This document shows, in pieces, positions 27,901 through 41,150 of a DNA stretch of 64,000 nt (positions are counted from its first letter, which is position 1; every line of letters begins with the position of its first letter). Position numbers and translations under genes: made by a program. The notes under the pieces were generated by a model. The model searched no databases and was not told the origin of the DNA. It saw only the letters and a list, made by a program, of their open reading frames with translations. Origin of the DNA: the human T2T-CHM13v2.0 reference genome, Homo sapiens; the NCBI RefSeq assembly GCF_009914755.1, contig NC_060925.1. One strand, given 5' to 3'.

Positions 27901-30900
27901 ATGGAATCGAATGGTATCATTGAATGGAATCGAATGGAATCATCATCAGATGGAAATGAATGGAATCGTCATAGAATGGAATCGAATGGATTCATTGAAT
28001 GGAATCAGATGGAATCATCGAATGGACTCGAATGGAATCATTGAATGGACTCGAAAGGGATCATTATTGAATGGAATTGAATGGAATCATCGAATGGTCT
28101 CGATTGGAATCATTATCCAATGGAATCGAATGGAATCACCGAATAGAATCGAATGGAACAATCATCGAATGGACTCAAATGGAATTATCCTCAAATGGAA
28201 TCGAATGGAATTATCGAATGCAATCGAATTGAATTATCGAATTCAATCGAATAGAATCATCGAATGGACTCGAATGGAATCATCGAATGGAATGGAATGG
28301 AACAGTCAATGAACTCGAATGGAATCATCATTGAATGGAATCGAATGGAATCATCGAGTGGAATCGAATGGAATTATGATCAAATGGAATCGAATGTAAT
28401 CATCATCCAATGGAATCAAAAATAACCATCATCAATTGGTATTGAATGGAATTGTCATCAAATGGAATTCAAAGGAAACATCATCAAATGGAACCGAATG
28501 GAATCCTCATTGAATGGAAATGAAAGGGGTCATCATCTAATGGAATCGCATGGAATCATCATCAAATGGAATCGAATGGAATCATCATCAAATGGAATCT
28601 GATGGAATCATTGAACAGAATTGAATGGAATCGTCATCGAATGAATTGAATGCAATCATCGAATGGTCTCGAATGGAATCATCTTCTAATGGAAAGGAAT
28701 GGAATCATCGCATAGAATCGAATGGAATTATCATCGAATGGAATCGAATGGTATCAACATCAAACGGAAAAAAACGGAATTATCGAATGGAATCGAAGAG
28801 AATCTTCGTATGGACCCGAATGGAATCATCTAATGGAATGGAATGGAATAATCCACGGACCCGAATGCAATCATCATCGAATGGAATCGAATGGAATCAT
28901 CGAATGGACTCGAATGGAATAATCATTGAACGGAATCGAATGGAATCATCATCGGATGGAAACGAATGGAATCATCATCGAATGGAAATGAAAGGAGTCA
29001 TCATCTAATGGAATTGCATGGAATCATCATCAAATGGAATGGAATGGAATCAACATCAAATGGAATCAAATGGAATCATTGAACGGAATTGAATGGAATC
29101 GTCATCGAATGAATTGAATGCAATCATCGAATGGTCTCGAATGGAATCATCTTCAAATGGAATGGAATGGAATCATCACATAGAATCGAATGGAATTATC
29201 ATCGAATGGAATCGAATGGAATCAACATCAAAAGGAAAAAAAGGAATTATCGAATGGAATCGAAGAGAATCATTGAACGGACCCGAATGGAATCATCTAA
29301 TGGAATGGAATGGAATAATACACGGACTCGAATGCAATCATCGTCGAATGGAATCGAATGGAATCATCGAATGGACTCGAATTGAATAATCATTGAACGG
29401 AATCGAATGGAATCATCATCGGATGGAAACGAATGGAATCATCATCGAATGGAAATGAAAGGAGTCATCATCTAATGGAATTGCATGGAATCATCATAAA
29501 ATGGAATCGAATGGAATCAACATCAATTGGAATCACACGGAATCATTGAACGGAATTGAATGGAATCGTCATCGAATGAATTGAATGCAATCATCGAATG
29601 GTCTCGAATGGAATCATCTTCAAATGGAATGGAATGTAATCATCGCATAGAATCAAATGGAATTATCATCGAATGGAATCGAATGGTATCAACATCAAAC
29701 GGAAAAAAACGGAATTATCGAATGGAATCAAAGAGAATCTTCGAACGGACCCGAATGGAATCATCTAATGGAATGGAATGGAATAATCCATGGACTCGAA
29801 TGCAATCATCATCGAATGGAATCGAATGGAATCATCGAATGAACTCGAATGGAATAATCATTGAACGGAATCGAATGGAATCATCATCGGATGGAAATGA
29901 ATGGAATCATCATCGAATGGAATCGAATAGAATTATGGAATGAAATCCAGTGTGATCATCATCGAATGGACCCGAATGGAGTCATCATCCAATGGAAGAT
30001 AATGGAATCAACATCGAATGAATCGAATGGAAACACCATCGAATTGAAACGAATGGAATTATCATGAAATTGAAATGGATGGACTCATCATCGAATGGAT
30101 TCGAATGGAATCATCGAATAAAATTGATTGAAATCATCATCAAATGGAATCGAATGGTATCATTGAATGGAATCGAATGGAATCATCATCAGATGGAAAA
30201 GAATGGAATCGTCATAGAATGGAAGCGAATGGATTCATTGAATGGAATCAGATGGAATCATCGAATGGACTGGAATGGAATCATTGAATGGACTCGAAAG
30301 GGATCATGATTGAATGGAATTGAATGGAATCATCGAATGGTCTCGATTGGAATCATTATCAAATGGAATCGAATGGAATCACCGAATAGAATCGAATGGA
30401 ACAATCATCGAATGGACTCAAATGGAATTATCCTCAAATGGAATGGAATGGAATTATCGAATGCAATCGAATAGAATCATCGAATGGACTCGAATGGAAT
30501 CATCGAATGGAATGGAATGGAACAGTCAATGAACTCGAATGGAATCATCATTGAATGGAATCGAATGGAATCATCGAGTGGAATCCAATGGAATTATGAT
30601 CAAATGGAATCGAATGTAATCATCATCAAATGGAATCAAAAATAACCATTATCAATTGGTATTGAATGGAATTGTCATCAAATGGAATTCAAAGGAATCA
30701 TCATCAAATGGAACCGAATGGAATCCTCATTGAATGGAAATGAAAGGGGTCATCATCTAATGGAATCGCATGGAATCATCATCAAATGGAATCGAATGGA
30801 ATCATCATCAAATGGAATCTAATGGAATCATTGAACAGAATTGAATGGAATCGTCATCGAATGAATTGAATGCACTCATCGAATGGTCTCGAATGGAATC

Positions 30901-32019
30901 ATCTTCTAATGGAAAGGAATGGAATCGTCGCATAGAATCGAATGGAATTAACATTGAATGGACTCGAATGGAATCAACATCAAACGGAATCAAGCGGCAT
31001 TATCGAATGGAATCGAAGAGAATCATAGAATGGACTCGAATGGAATCATCTAATGGAATGGAATGGAATAATCCACGGACCCGAATGCAATCATCATCGA
31101 ATGGAATCGAATGGAATCATCGAATGGACTCGAATGGAATAATCATTGAACGGAATCGAATGGAATCCTCATCGGATGGAAACGAATGGAATCATCATCG
31201 AATGGAAATGAAAGGAGTAATCATCTAATGGAATTGCATGGAATCATCATCAAATGGAATCGAATGGAATCAACATCAAATGGAATCAAATGGAATCATT
31301 GAACGGAATTGAATGCAATCGTCATCGAATGAATTGAATGCAATCATCGAATGGTCTCGAATGGAATCATCTTCAAATGGAATGGAATGGAATCATCGCA
31401 TAAAATCGAATGGAATTATCATCGAATGGGATCGAATGGAATCAACATCAAACGGAAAAAAACGGAATTATCGAATGGAATCGAATAGAATCATCGAATG
31501 GACCCGAATGGAATCATCTAATGGAATGGAATGGAATAATCCATGGACTCGAATGCAATCATCATCGAATGGAATCGAATGGAATCATCCAATGGACTCG
31601 AATGGAATAATCATTGAACGGAATCGAATGGAATCATCATCGGATGGAAATGAATGGAATCATCATCGAATGGAATCGAATAGAATTATGGAATGAAATC
31701 CAGTGTGATCATCATCGAATGGACCCGAATGGAATCATCATCCAACGGAAGCTAATGGAATCAACATCGAATGAATCAAATGGAAAAACCATCGAATTGA
31801 AACGAATGGAATTACCATGAAATTGAAATGGATGGACTCATCATCGAATGGATTCGAATGGAATCATCGAATAAAATTGATTGAAATCATCATCGAATGG
31901 AATCGAATGTTATCATTGAATGGAATCGAATGGAATCATCATCAGATGGAAATGAATGGAATCGTCATAGAATGGAATCGAATGGATTCATTGAATGGAA
32001 TCAGATGGAATCATCGAAT

Positions 32020-35000
32020 GGACTGGAAAGGAATCACTGAATGGACTCGAAAGAGATCATGATTGAATGGAATTGAATGGAATCATCGAATGGTCTCGAT
32101 TGGAATCATTATCAAATGGAATCGAATGGAATCACCGAATAGAATCGAATGGAACAATCATCGAATGGACTCAAATTGAATTATCCTCAAATGGAATGGA
32201 ATGGAATTATCGAATGCAATCGAATGGAATTATCGAATGCAATCGAATAGAATCATCGAATGGACTCGAATGGAATCATCGAATGGAATGGAATGGAACA
32301 GTCAATGAAGTCGAATGGAATCATCATTGAATAGAATCGAATGGAATCATCGAGTGGAATCGAATGGAATTATGATCAAATGGAATCGAATGTAATCATC
32401 ATCAAATGGAATCAAAAATAACCATCATCAATTGGTATTGAATGGAATTGTCATCAAATGGAATTCAAAGGAAACATCATCAAATGGAACCGAATGGAAT
32501 CCTCATTGAATGGAAATGAAAGGGGTCATCATCTAATGGAATCGCATGGAATCATCATCAAATGGAATCGAATGGAATCATCATCAAATGGAATCTAATG
32601 GAATCATTGAACAGAATTGAATGGAATCGTCATCGAATGAATTGAATGCAATCATCGAATGGTCTCCAATGGAATCATCTTCTAATGGAAAGGAATGGAA
32701 TCATCGCATAGAATCGAATGGAATTATCATCGAATGGAATCGAATGGTATCAACACCAAACGGAAAAAAACGGAATTATCGAATTGAATCGAAGAGAATC
32801 TTCGAACGGACCCGAATGGAATCATCTAATGGAATGGAATGGAATAATCCATGGACTCGAATGCAATCATCATCGAATGGAATCGAATGGAATCATCGAA
32901 TGGACTCGAATGGAATAATCATTGAACGGAATCGAATGGAATCATCATCGGATGGAAACGAATGGAATCATCATCGAATGGAAATGAAAGGAGTCATCAT
33001 CTAATGGAATTGCATGGAATCATCATCAAATGGAATCGAATGGAATCAACATCAAATGGAATCAAATGGAATCATTGAACGGAATTGAATGGAATCGTCT
33101 TCGAATGAATTGAATGCAATCATCGAATGGTCTCGAATGGAATCATCTTCAAATGGAATGGAATGGAATCATCGCATAGAATCGAATGGAATTATCATCG
33201 AATGGAATCGAATGGTATGAACACCAAACGGAAAAAAACGGAATTATCGAATGGAATCGAAGAGAATCTTCGAACGGACCCGAATGGAATCATCTAATGG
33301 AATGGAATGGAATAATCCATGGACTGGAAGGCAATCATCATCGAATGGAATCGAATGGAATCATCGAATGGACTCGAATGGAATAATCATTGAACGGAAT
33401 CGAATGGAACCATCATCGGATGGAAACGAATGGAATCATCACCGAATGGAAATGAAAGGAGTCATCATCTAATGGAATTGCATGGAATCATCATAAAATG
33501 GAATCGAATGGAATCAACATCAAATGGAATCAAATGGAATCATTGAACGGAATTGAATGGAATCGTCATCGAATGAATTGAATGCAATCATCGAATGGTC
33601 TCGAATGGAATCATCTTCAAATGGAATGGAATGGAATCGTCGCATAGAATCGAATGGAATTATCATCGAATGGAATCGAATGGAATCAACATCAAACGGA
33701 AAAAAACGGAATTATCGTATGGAATCGAAGAGAATCATCGAATGGACCCGAATGGAATCATCTAATGGAATGGAATGGAATAATCCATGGACTCGAATGC
33801 AATCATCATCGAATGGAATCGAATGGAATCATCGAATGGACTCGAATGGAATAATCATTGAACGGAATCGAATGGAATCATCATCGGATGGAAATGAATG
33901 GAATCATCATCGAATGGAATCGAATAGAATTATGGAATGAAATCCAGTGTGATCATCATCGAATGGACCCGAATGGAATCATCATCCAACGGAAGCTAAT
34001 GGAATCAACATCGAATGAATCGAATGGAAACACCATCGAATTGAAACGAATGGAATTATCATGAAATTGAAATGGATGGACTCATCATCGAATGGATTCG
34101 AATGGAATCATCGAATAAAATTGATTGAAATCATCATCCAATGGAATCGAATGGTATCATTGAATGGAATCGAATGGAATCATCATCAGATGGAAATGAA
34201 TGGAATCGTCATAGAATGGAATCGAATGGATTCATTGAATGGAATCAGATGGAATCATCGAATGGACTGGAATGGAATCATTGAATGGACTCGAAAGGGA
34301 TCATGATTGAATGGAATTGAATGGAATCATCGAATGGTCTCGATTGGAATCATTATCAAATGGAATCGAATGGAATCACCGAATAGAATCGAATGGAACA
34401 ATCATCGAATGGACTCAAATGGAATTATCCTCCAATGGAATCGAATGGAATTATCGAATGCAATCGAATGGAATTATCGAATGCAATCGAATAGAATCAT
34501 CGAATGGACTCGAATGGAATCATCGAATGGAATGGAATGGAAAAGTCAATGAACTCGAATGGAATCATCATTGAATGGAATCGAATGGAATCATCGAGTG
34601 GAATCGAATGGAATTATGATCAAATGGAATCGAATGTAATCATCATCAAATGGAATCAAAAATAACCATCATCAATTGGTATTGAATGGAATTGTCATCA
34701 AATGGAATTCAAAGGAAACATCATCAAATGGAACCGAATGGAATCCTCATTGAATGGAAATGAAAGGGGTCATCATCTAATGGAATCGCATGGAATCATC
34801 ATCAAATGGAATCGAATGGAATCATCATCAAATGGAATCAAATGGAATCATTGAAAAGAATTGAATGGAATCGTCATTGAATGAATTGAATGCAATCATC
34901 GAATGGTCTCGAATGGAATCATCTTCTAATGGAAAGGAATGGAATCATCGCATAGAATCGAATGGAATTATCATCGAATGGAATCGAATGGTATCAACAT

Positions 35001-38000
35001 CAAACGGAAAAAAACGGAATTATCGAATGGAATCGAAGAGAATCTTCGTATGGACCCGAATGGAATCATCTAATGGAATGGAATGGAATAATCCACGGAC
35101 CCGAATGCAATCATCATCGAATGGAATCGAATGGAATCATCGAATGGACTCGAATGGAATAATCATTGAACGGAATCGAATGGAATCATCATCGGATGGA
35201 AACGAATGGAATCATCATCGAATGGAAATGAAAGGAGTCATCATCTAATGGAATTGCATGGAATCATCATCAAATGGAATCGAATGGAATCAACATCAAA
35301 TGGAATCAAATGGAATCATTGAACGGAATTGAATGGAATCGTCTTCGAATGAATTGAATGCAATCATCGAATGGTCTCGAATGGAATCATCTTCAAATGG
35401 AATGGAATGGAATCATCGCATAGAATCGAATGGAATTATCATCGAATGGAATCGAATGGTATGAACACCAAACGGAAAAAAACGGAATTATCGAATGGAA
35501 TCGAAGAGAATCTTCGAACGGACCCGAATGGAATCATCTAATGGAATGGAATGGAATAATCCATGGACTGGAAGGCAATCATCATCGAATGGAATCGAAT
35601 GGAATCATCGAATGGACTCGAATGGAATAATCATTGAACGGAATCGAATGGAACCATCATCGGATGGAAACGAATGGAATCATCACCGAATGGAAATGAA
35701 AGGAGTCATCATCTAATGGAATTGCATGGAATCATCATAAAATGGAATCGAATGGAATCAACATCAAATGGAATCAAATGGAATCATTGAACGGAATTGA
35801 ATGGAATCGTCATCGAATGAATTGAATGCAATCATCGAATGGTCTCGAATGGAATCATCTTCAAATGGAATGGAATGGAATCGTCGCATAGAATCGAATG
35901 GAATTATCATCGAATGGAATCGAATGGAATCAACATCAAACGGAAAAAAACGGAATTATCGTATGGAATCGAAGAGAATCATCGAATGGACCCGAATGGA
36001 ATCATCTAATGGAATGGAATGGAATAATCCATGGACTCGAATGCAATCATCATCGAATGGAATCGAATGGAATCATCGAATGGACTCGAATGGAATAATC
36101 ATTGAACGGAATCGAATGGAATCATCATCGGATGGAAATGAATGGAATCATCATCGAATGGAATCGAATAGAATTATGGAATGAAATCCAGTGTGATCAT
36201 CATCGAATGGACCCGAATGGAATCATCATCCAACGGAAGCTAATGGAATCAACATCGAATGAATCGAATGGAAACACCATCGAATTGAAACGAATGGAAT
36301 TATCATGAAATTGAAATGGATGGACTCATCATCGAATGGATTCGAATGGAATCATCGAATAAAATTGATTGAAATCATCATCCAATGGAATCGAATGGTA
36401 TCATTGAATGGAATCGAATGGAATCATCATCAGATGGAAATGAATGGAATCGTCATAGAATGGAATCGAATGGATTCATTGAATGGAATCAGATGGAATC
36501 ATCGAATGGACTGGAAAGGAATCACTGAATGGACTCGAAAGAGATCATGATTGAATGGAATTGAATGGAATCATCGAATGGTCTCGATTGGAATCATTAT
36601 CAAATGGAATCGAATGGAATCACCGAATAGAATCGAATGGAACAATCATCGAATGGACTCAAATTGAATTATCCTCAAATGGAATGGAATGGAATTATCG
36701 AATGCAATCGAATGGAATTATCGAATGCAATCGAATAGAATCATCGAATGGACTCGAATGGAATCATCGAATGGAATGGAATGGAACAGTCAATGAAGTC
36801 GAATGGAATCATCATTGAATAGAATCGAATGGAATCATCGAGTGGAATCGAATGGAATTATGATCAAATGGAATCGAATGTAATCATCATCAAATGGAAT
36901 CAAAAATAACCATCATCAATTGGTATTGAATGGAATTGTCATCAAATGGAATTCAAAGGAAACATCATCAAATGGAACCGAATGGAATCCTCATTGAATG
37001 GAAATGAAAGGGGTCATCATCTAATGGAATCGCATGGAATCATCATCAAATGGAATCGAATGGAATCATCATCAAATGGAATCTAATGGAATCATTGAAC
37101 AGAATTGAATGGAATCGTCATCGAATGAATTGAATGCAATCATCGAATGGTCTCCAATGGAATCATCTTCTAATGGAAAGGAATGGAATCATCGCATAGA
37201 ATCGAATGGAATTATCATCGAATGGAATCGAATGGTATCAACACCAAACGGAAAAAAACGGAATTATCGAATTGAATCGAAGAGAATCTTCGAACGGACC
37301 CGAATGGAATCATCTAATGGAATGGAATGGAATAATCCATGGACTCGAATGCAATCATCATCGAATGGAATCGAATGGAATCATCGAATGGACTCGAATG
37401 GAATAATCATTGAACGGAATCGAATGGAATCATCATCGGATGGAAACGAATGGAATCATCATCGAATGGAAATGAAAGGAGTCATCATCTAATGGAATTG
37501 CATGGAATCATCATCAAATGGAATCGAATGGAATCAACATCAAATGGAATCAAATGGAATCATTGAACGGAATTGAATGGAATCGTCTTCGAATGAATTG
37601 AATGCAATCATCGAATGGTCTCGAATGGAATCATCTTCAAATGGAATGGAATGGAATCATCGCATAGAATCGAATGGAATTATCATCGAATGGAATCGAA
37701 TGGTATGAACACCAAACGGAAAAAAACGGAATTATCGAATGGAATCGAAGAGAATCTTCGAACGGACCCGAATGGAATCATCTAATGGAATGGAATGGAA
37801 TAATCCATGGACTGGAAGGCAATCATCATCGAATGGAATCGAATGGAATCATCGAATGGACTCGAATGGAATAATCATTGAACGGAATCGAATGGAACCA
37901 TCATCGGATGGAAACGAATGGAATCATCACCGAATGGAAATGAAAGGAGTCATCATCTAATGGAATTGCATGGAATCATCATAAAATGGAATCGAATGGA

Positions 38001-39700
38001 ATCAACATCAAATGGAATCAAATGGAATCATTGAACGGAATTGAATGGAATCGTCATCGAATGAATTGAATGCAATCATCGAATGGTCTCGAATGGAATC
38101 ATCTTCAAATGGAATGGAATGGAATCGTCGCATAGAATCGAATGGAATTATCATCGAATGGAATCGAATGGAATCAACATCAAACGGAAAAAAACGGAAT
38201 TATCGTATGGAATCGAAGAGAATCATCGAATGGACCCGAATGGAATCATCTAATGGAATGGAATGGAATAATCCATGGACTCGAATGCAATCATCATCGA
38301 ATGGAATCGAATGGAATCATCGAATGGACTCGAATGGAATAATCATTGAACGGAATCGAATGGAATCATCATCGGATGGAAATGAATGGAATCATCATCG
38401 AATGGAATCGAATAGAATTATGGAATGAAATCCAGTGTGATCATCATCGAATGGACCCGAATGGAATCATCATCCAACGGAAGCTAATGGAATCAACATC
38501 GAATGAATCGAATGGAAACACCATCGAATTGAAACGAATGGAATTATCATGAAATTGAAATGGATGGACTCATCATCGAATGGATTCGAATGGAATCATC
38601 GAATAAAATTGATTGAAATCATCATCCAATGGAATCGAATGGTATCATTGAATGGAATCGAATGGAATCATCATCAGATGGAAATGAATGGAATCGTCAT
38701 AGAATGGAATCGAATGGATTCATTGAATGGAATCAGATGGAATCATCGAATGGACTGGAATGGAATCATTGAATGGACTCGAAAGGGATCATGATTGAAT
38801 GGAATTGAATGGAATCATCGAATGGTCTCGATTGGAATCATTATCAAATGGAATCGAATGGAATCACCGAATAGAATCGAATGGAACAATCATCGAATGG
38901 ACTCAAATGGAATTATCCTCCAATGGAATCGAATGGAATTATCGAATGCAATCGAATGGAATTATCGAATGCAATCGAATAGAATCATCGAATGGACTCG
39001 AATGGAATCATCGAATGGAATGGAATGGAAAAGTCAATGAACTCGAATGGAATCATCATTGAATGGAATCGAATGGAATCATCGAGTGGAATCGAATGGA
39101 ATTATGATCAAATGGAATCGAATGTAATCATCATCAAATGGAATCAAAAATAACCATCATCAATTGGTATTGAATGGAATTGTCATCAAATGGAATTCAA
39201 AGGAAACATCATCAAATGGAACCGAATGGAATCCTCATTGAATGGAAATGAAAGGGGTCATCATCTAATGGAATCGCATGGAATCATCATCAAATGGAAT
39301 CGAATGGAATCATCATCAAATGGAATCAAATGGAATCATTGAAAAGAATTGAATGGAATCGTCATCGAATGAATTGAATGCAATCATCGAATGGTCTCGA
39401 ATGGAATCATCTTCTAATGGAAAGGAATGGAATCATCGCATAGAATCGAATGGAATTATCATCGAATGGAATCGAATGGTATCAACATCAAACGGAAAAA
39501 AACGGAATTATCGAATGGAATCGAAGAGAATCTTCGTATGGACCCGAATGGAATCATCTAATGGAATGGAATGGAATAATCCACGGACCCGAATGCAATC
39601 ATCATCGAATGGAATCGAATGGAATCATCGAATGGACTCGAATGGAATAATCATTGAACGGAATCGAATGGAATCATCATCGGATGGAAACGAATGGAAT
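32020..39700 (+). repeat. Run of 2244-bp units forming a 4488-bp dimeric higher-order repeat
   Basis: ORF pairs 32067/36555, 32621/37109 and 34865/39353 (offset 4488); 33186/35430/37674 (offset 2244). Markers: gactggaaaggaatcactga, ggtctccaat, ggtatgaacacc. Confidence 0.9.
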
Positions 39701-41150
39701 CATCATCGAATGGAAATGAGAGGAGTCATCATCTAATGGAATTGCATGGAATCATCATCAAATGGAATGGAATGGAATCAACATCAAATGGAATCAAATG
39801 GAATCATTGAACGGAATTGAATGGAATCGTCATCGAATGAATTGAATGCAATCATCGAATGGTCTCGAATGGAATCATCTTCAAATGGAATGGAATGGAA
39901 TCATCACATAGAATCGAATGGAATTATCATCGAATGGAATCGAATGGAATCAACATCAAAAGGAAAAAAACGGAATTATCGAATGGAATCGAAGAGAATC
40001 ATTGAACGGACCCGAATGGAATCATCTAATGGAATGGAATGGAATAATCCACGGACTCGAATGCAATCATCGTCGAATGGAATCGAATGGAATCATCGAA
40101 TGGACTCGAATTGAATAATCATTGAACGGAATCGAATGGAATCATCATCGGATGGAAACGAATGGAATCATCATCGAATGGAAATGAAAGGAGTCATCAT
40201 CTAATGGAATTGCATGGAATCATCATAAAATGGAATCGAATGGAATCAACATCAAATGGAATCACACGGAATCATTGAACGGAATTGAATGGAATCGTCA
40301 TCGAATGAATTGAATGCAATCATCGAATGGTCTCGAATGGAATCATCTTCAAATGGAATGGAATGTAATCATCGCATAGAATCAAATGGAATTATCATCG
40401 AATGGAATCGAATGGTATCAACATCAAACGGAAAAAAACGGAATTATCGAATGGAATCGAAGAGAATCTTCGAACGGACCCGAATGGAATCATCTAATGG
40501 AATGGAATGGAATAATCCATGGACTCGAATGCAATCATCATCGAATGGAATCGAATGGAATCATCGAATGAACTCGAATGGAATAATCATTGAACGGAAT
40601 CGAATGGAATCATCATCGGATGGAAATGAATGGAATCATCATCGAATGGAATCGAATAGAATTATGGAATGAAATCCAGTGTGATCATCATCGAATGGAC
40701 CCGAATGGAGTCATCATCCAATGGAAGATAATGGAATCAACATCGAATGAATCGAATGGAAACACCATCGAATTGAAACGAATGGAATTATCATGCAATT
40801 GAAATGGATGGACTCATCATCGAATGGATTCGAATGGAATCATCGAATAAAATTGATTGAAATCATCATCAAATGGAATCGAATGGTATCATTGAATGGA
40901 ATCGAATGGAATCATCATCAGATGGAAAAGAATGGAATCGTCATAGAATGGAAGCGAATGGATTCATTGAATGGAATCAGATGGAATCATCGAATGGACT
41001 GGAATGGAATCATTGAATGGACTCGAAAGGGATCATGATTGAATGGAATTGAATGGAATCATCGAATGGTCTCGATTGGAATCATTATCAAATGGAATCG
41101 AATGGAATCACCGAATAGAATCGAATGGAACAATCATCGAATGGACTCAA
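39180..41150 (+). repeat. Second copy of about 28450-30420 (offset 10728/10729 bp)
   Basis: ORF pairs 28625/39353, 29093/39821, 29560/40289 and 30314/41043. Markers: catcacatag, aatcacacgg, gtcatcatccaatggaagataatgg, ggaagcgaat. Confidence 0.88.

Noticed and set aside
30808-30993. Sole minus-strand ORF (61 aa)
   Set aside because: Chance loss of TCA (minus-strand TGA) triplets in a divergent module. The local sequence remains in GGAAT orientation, so it is not an inversion or a gene.
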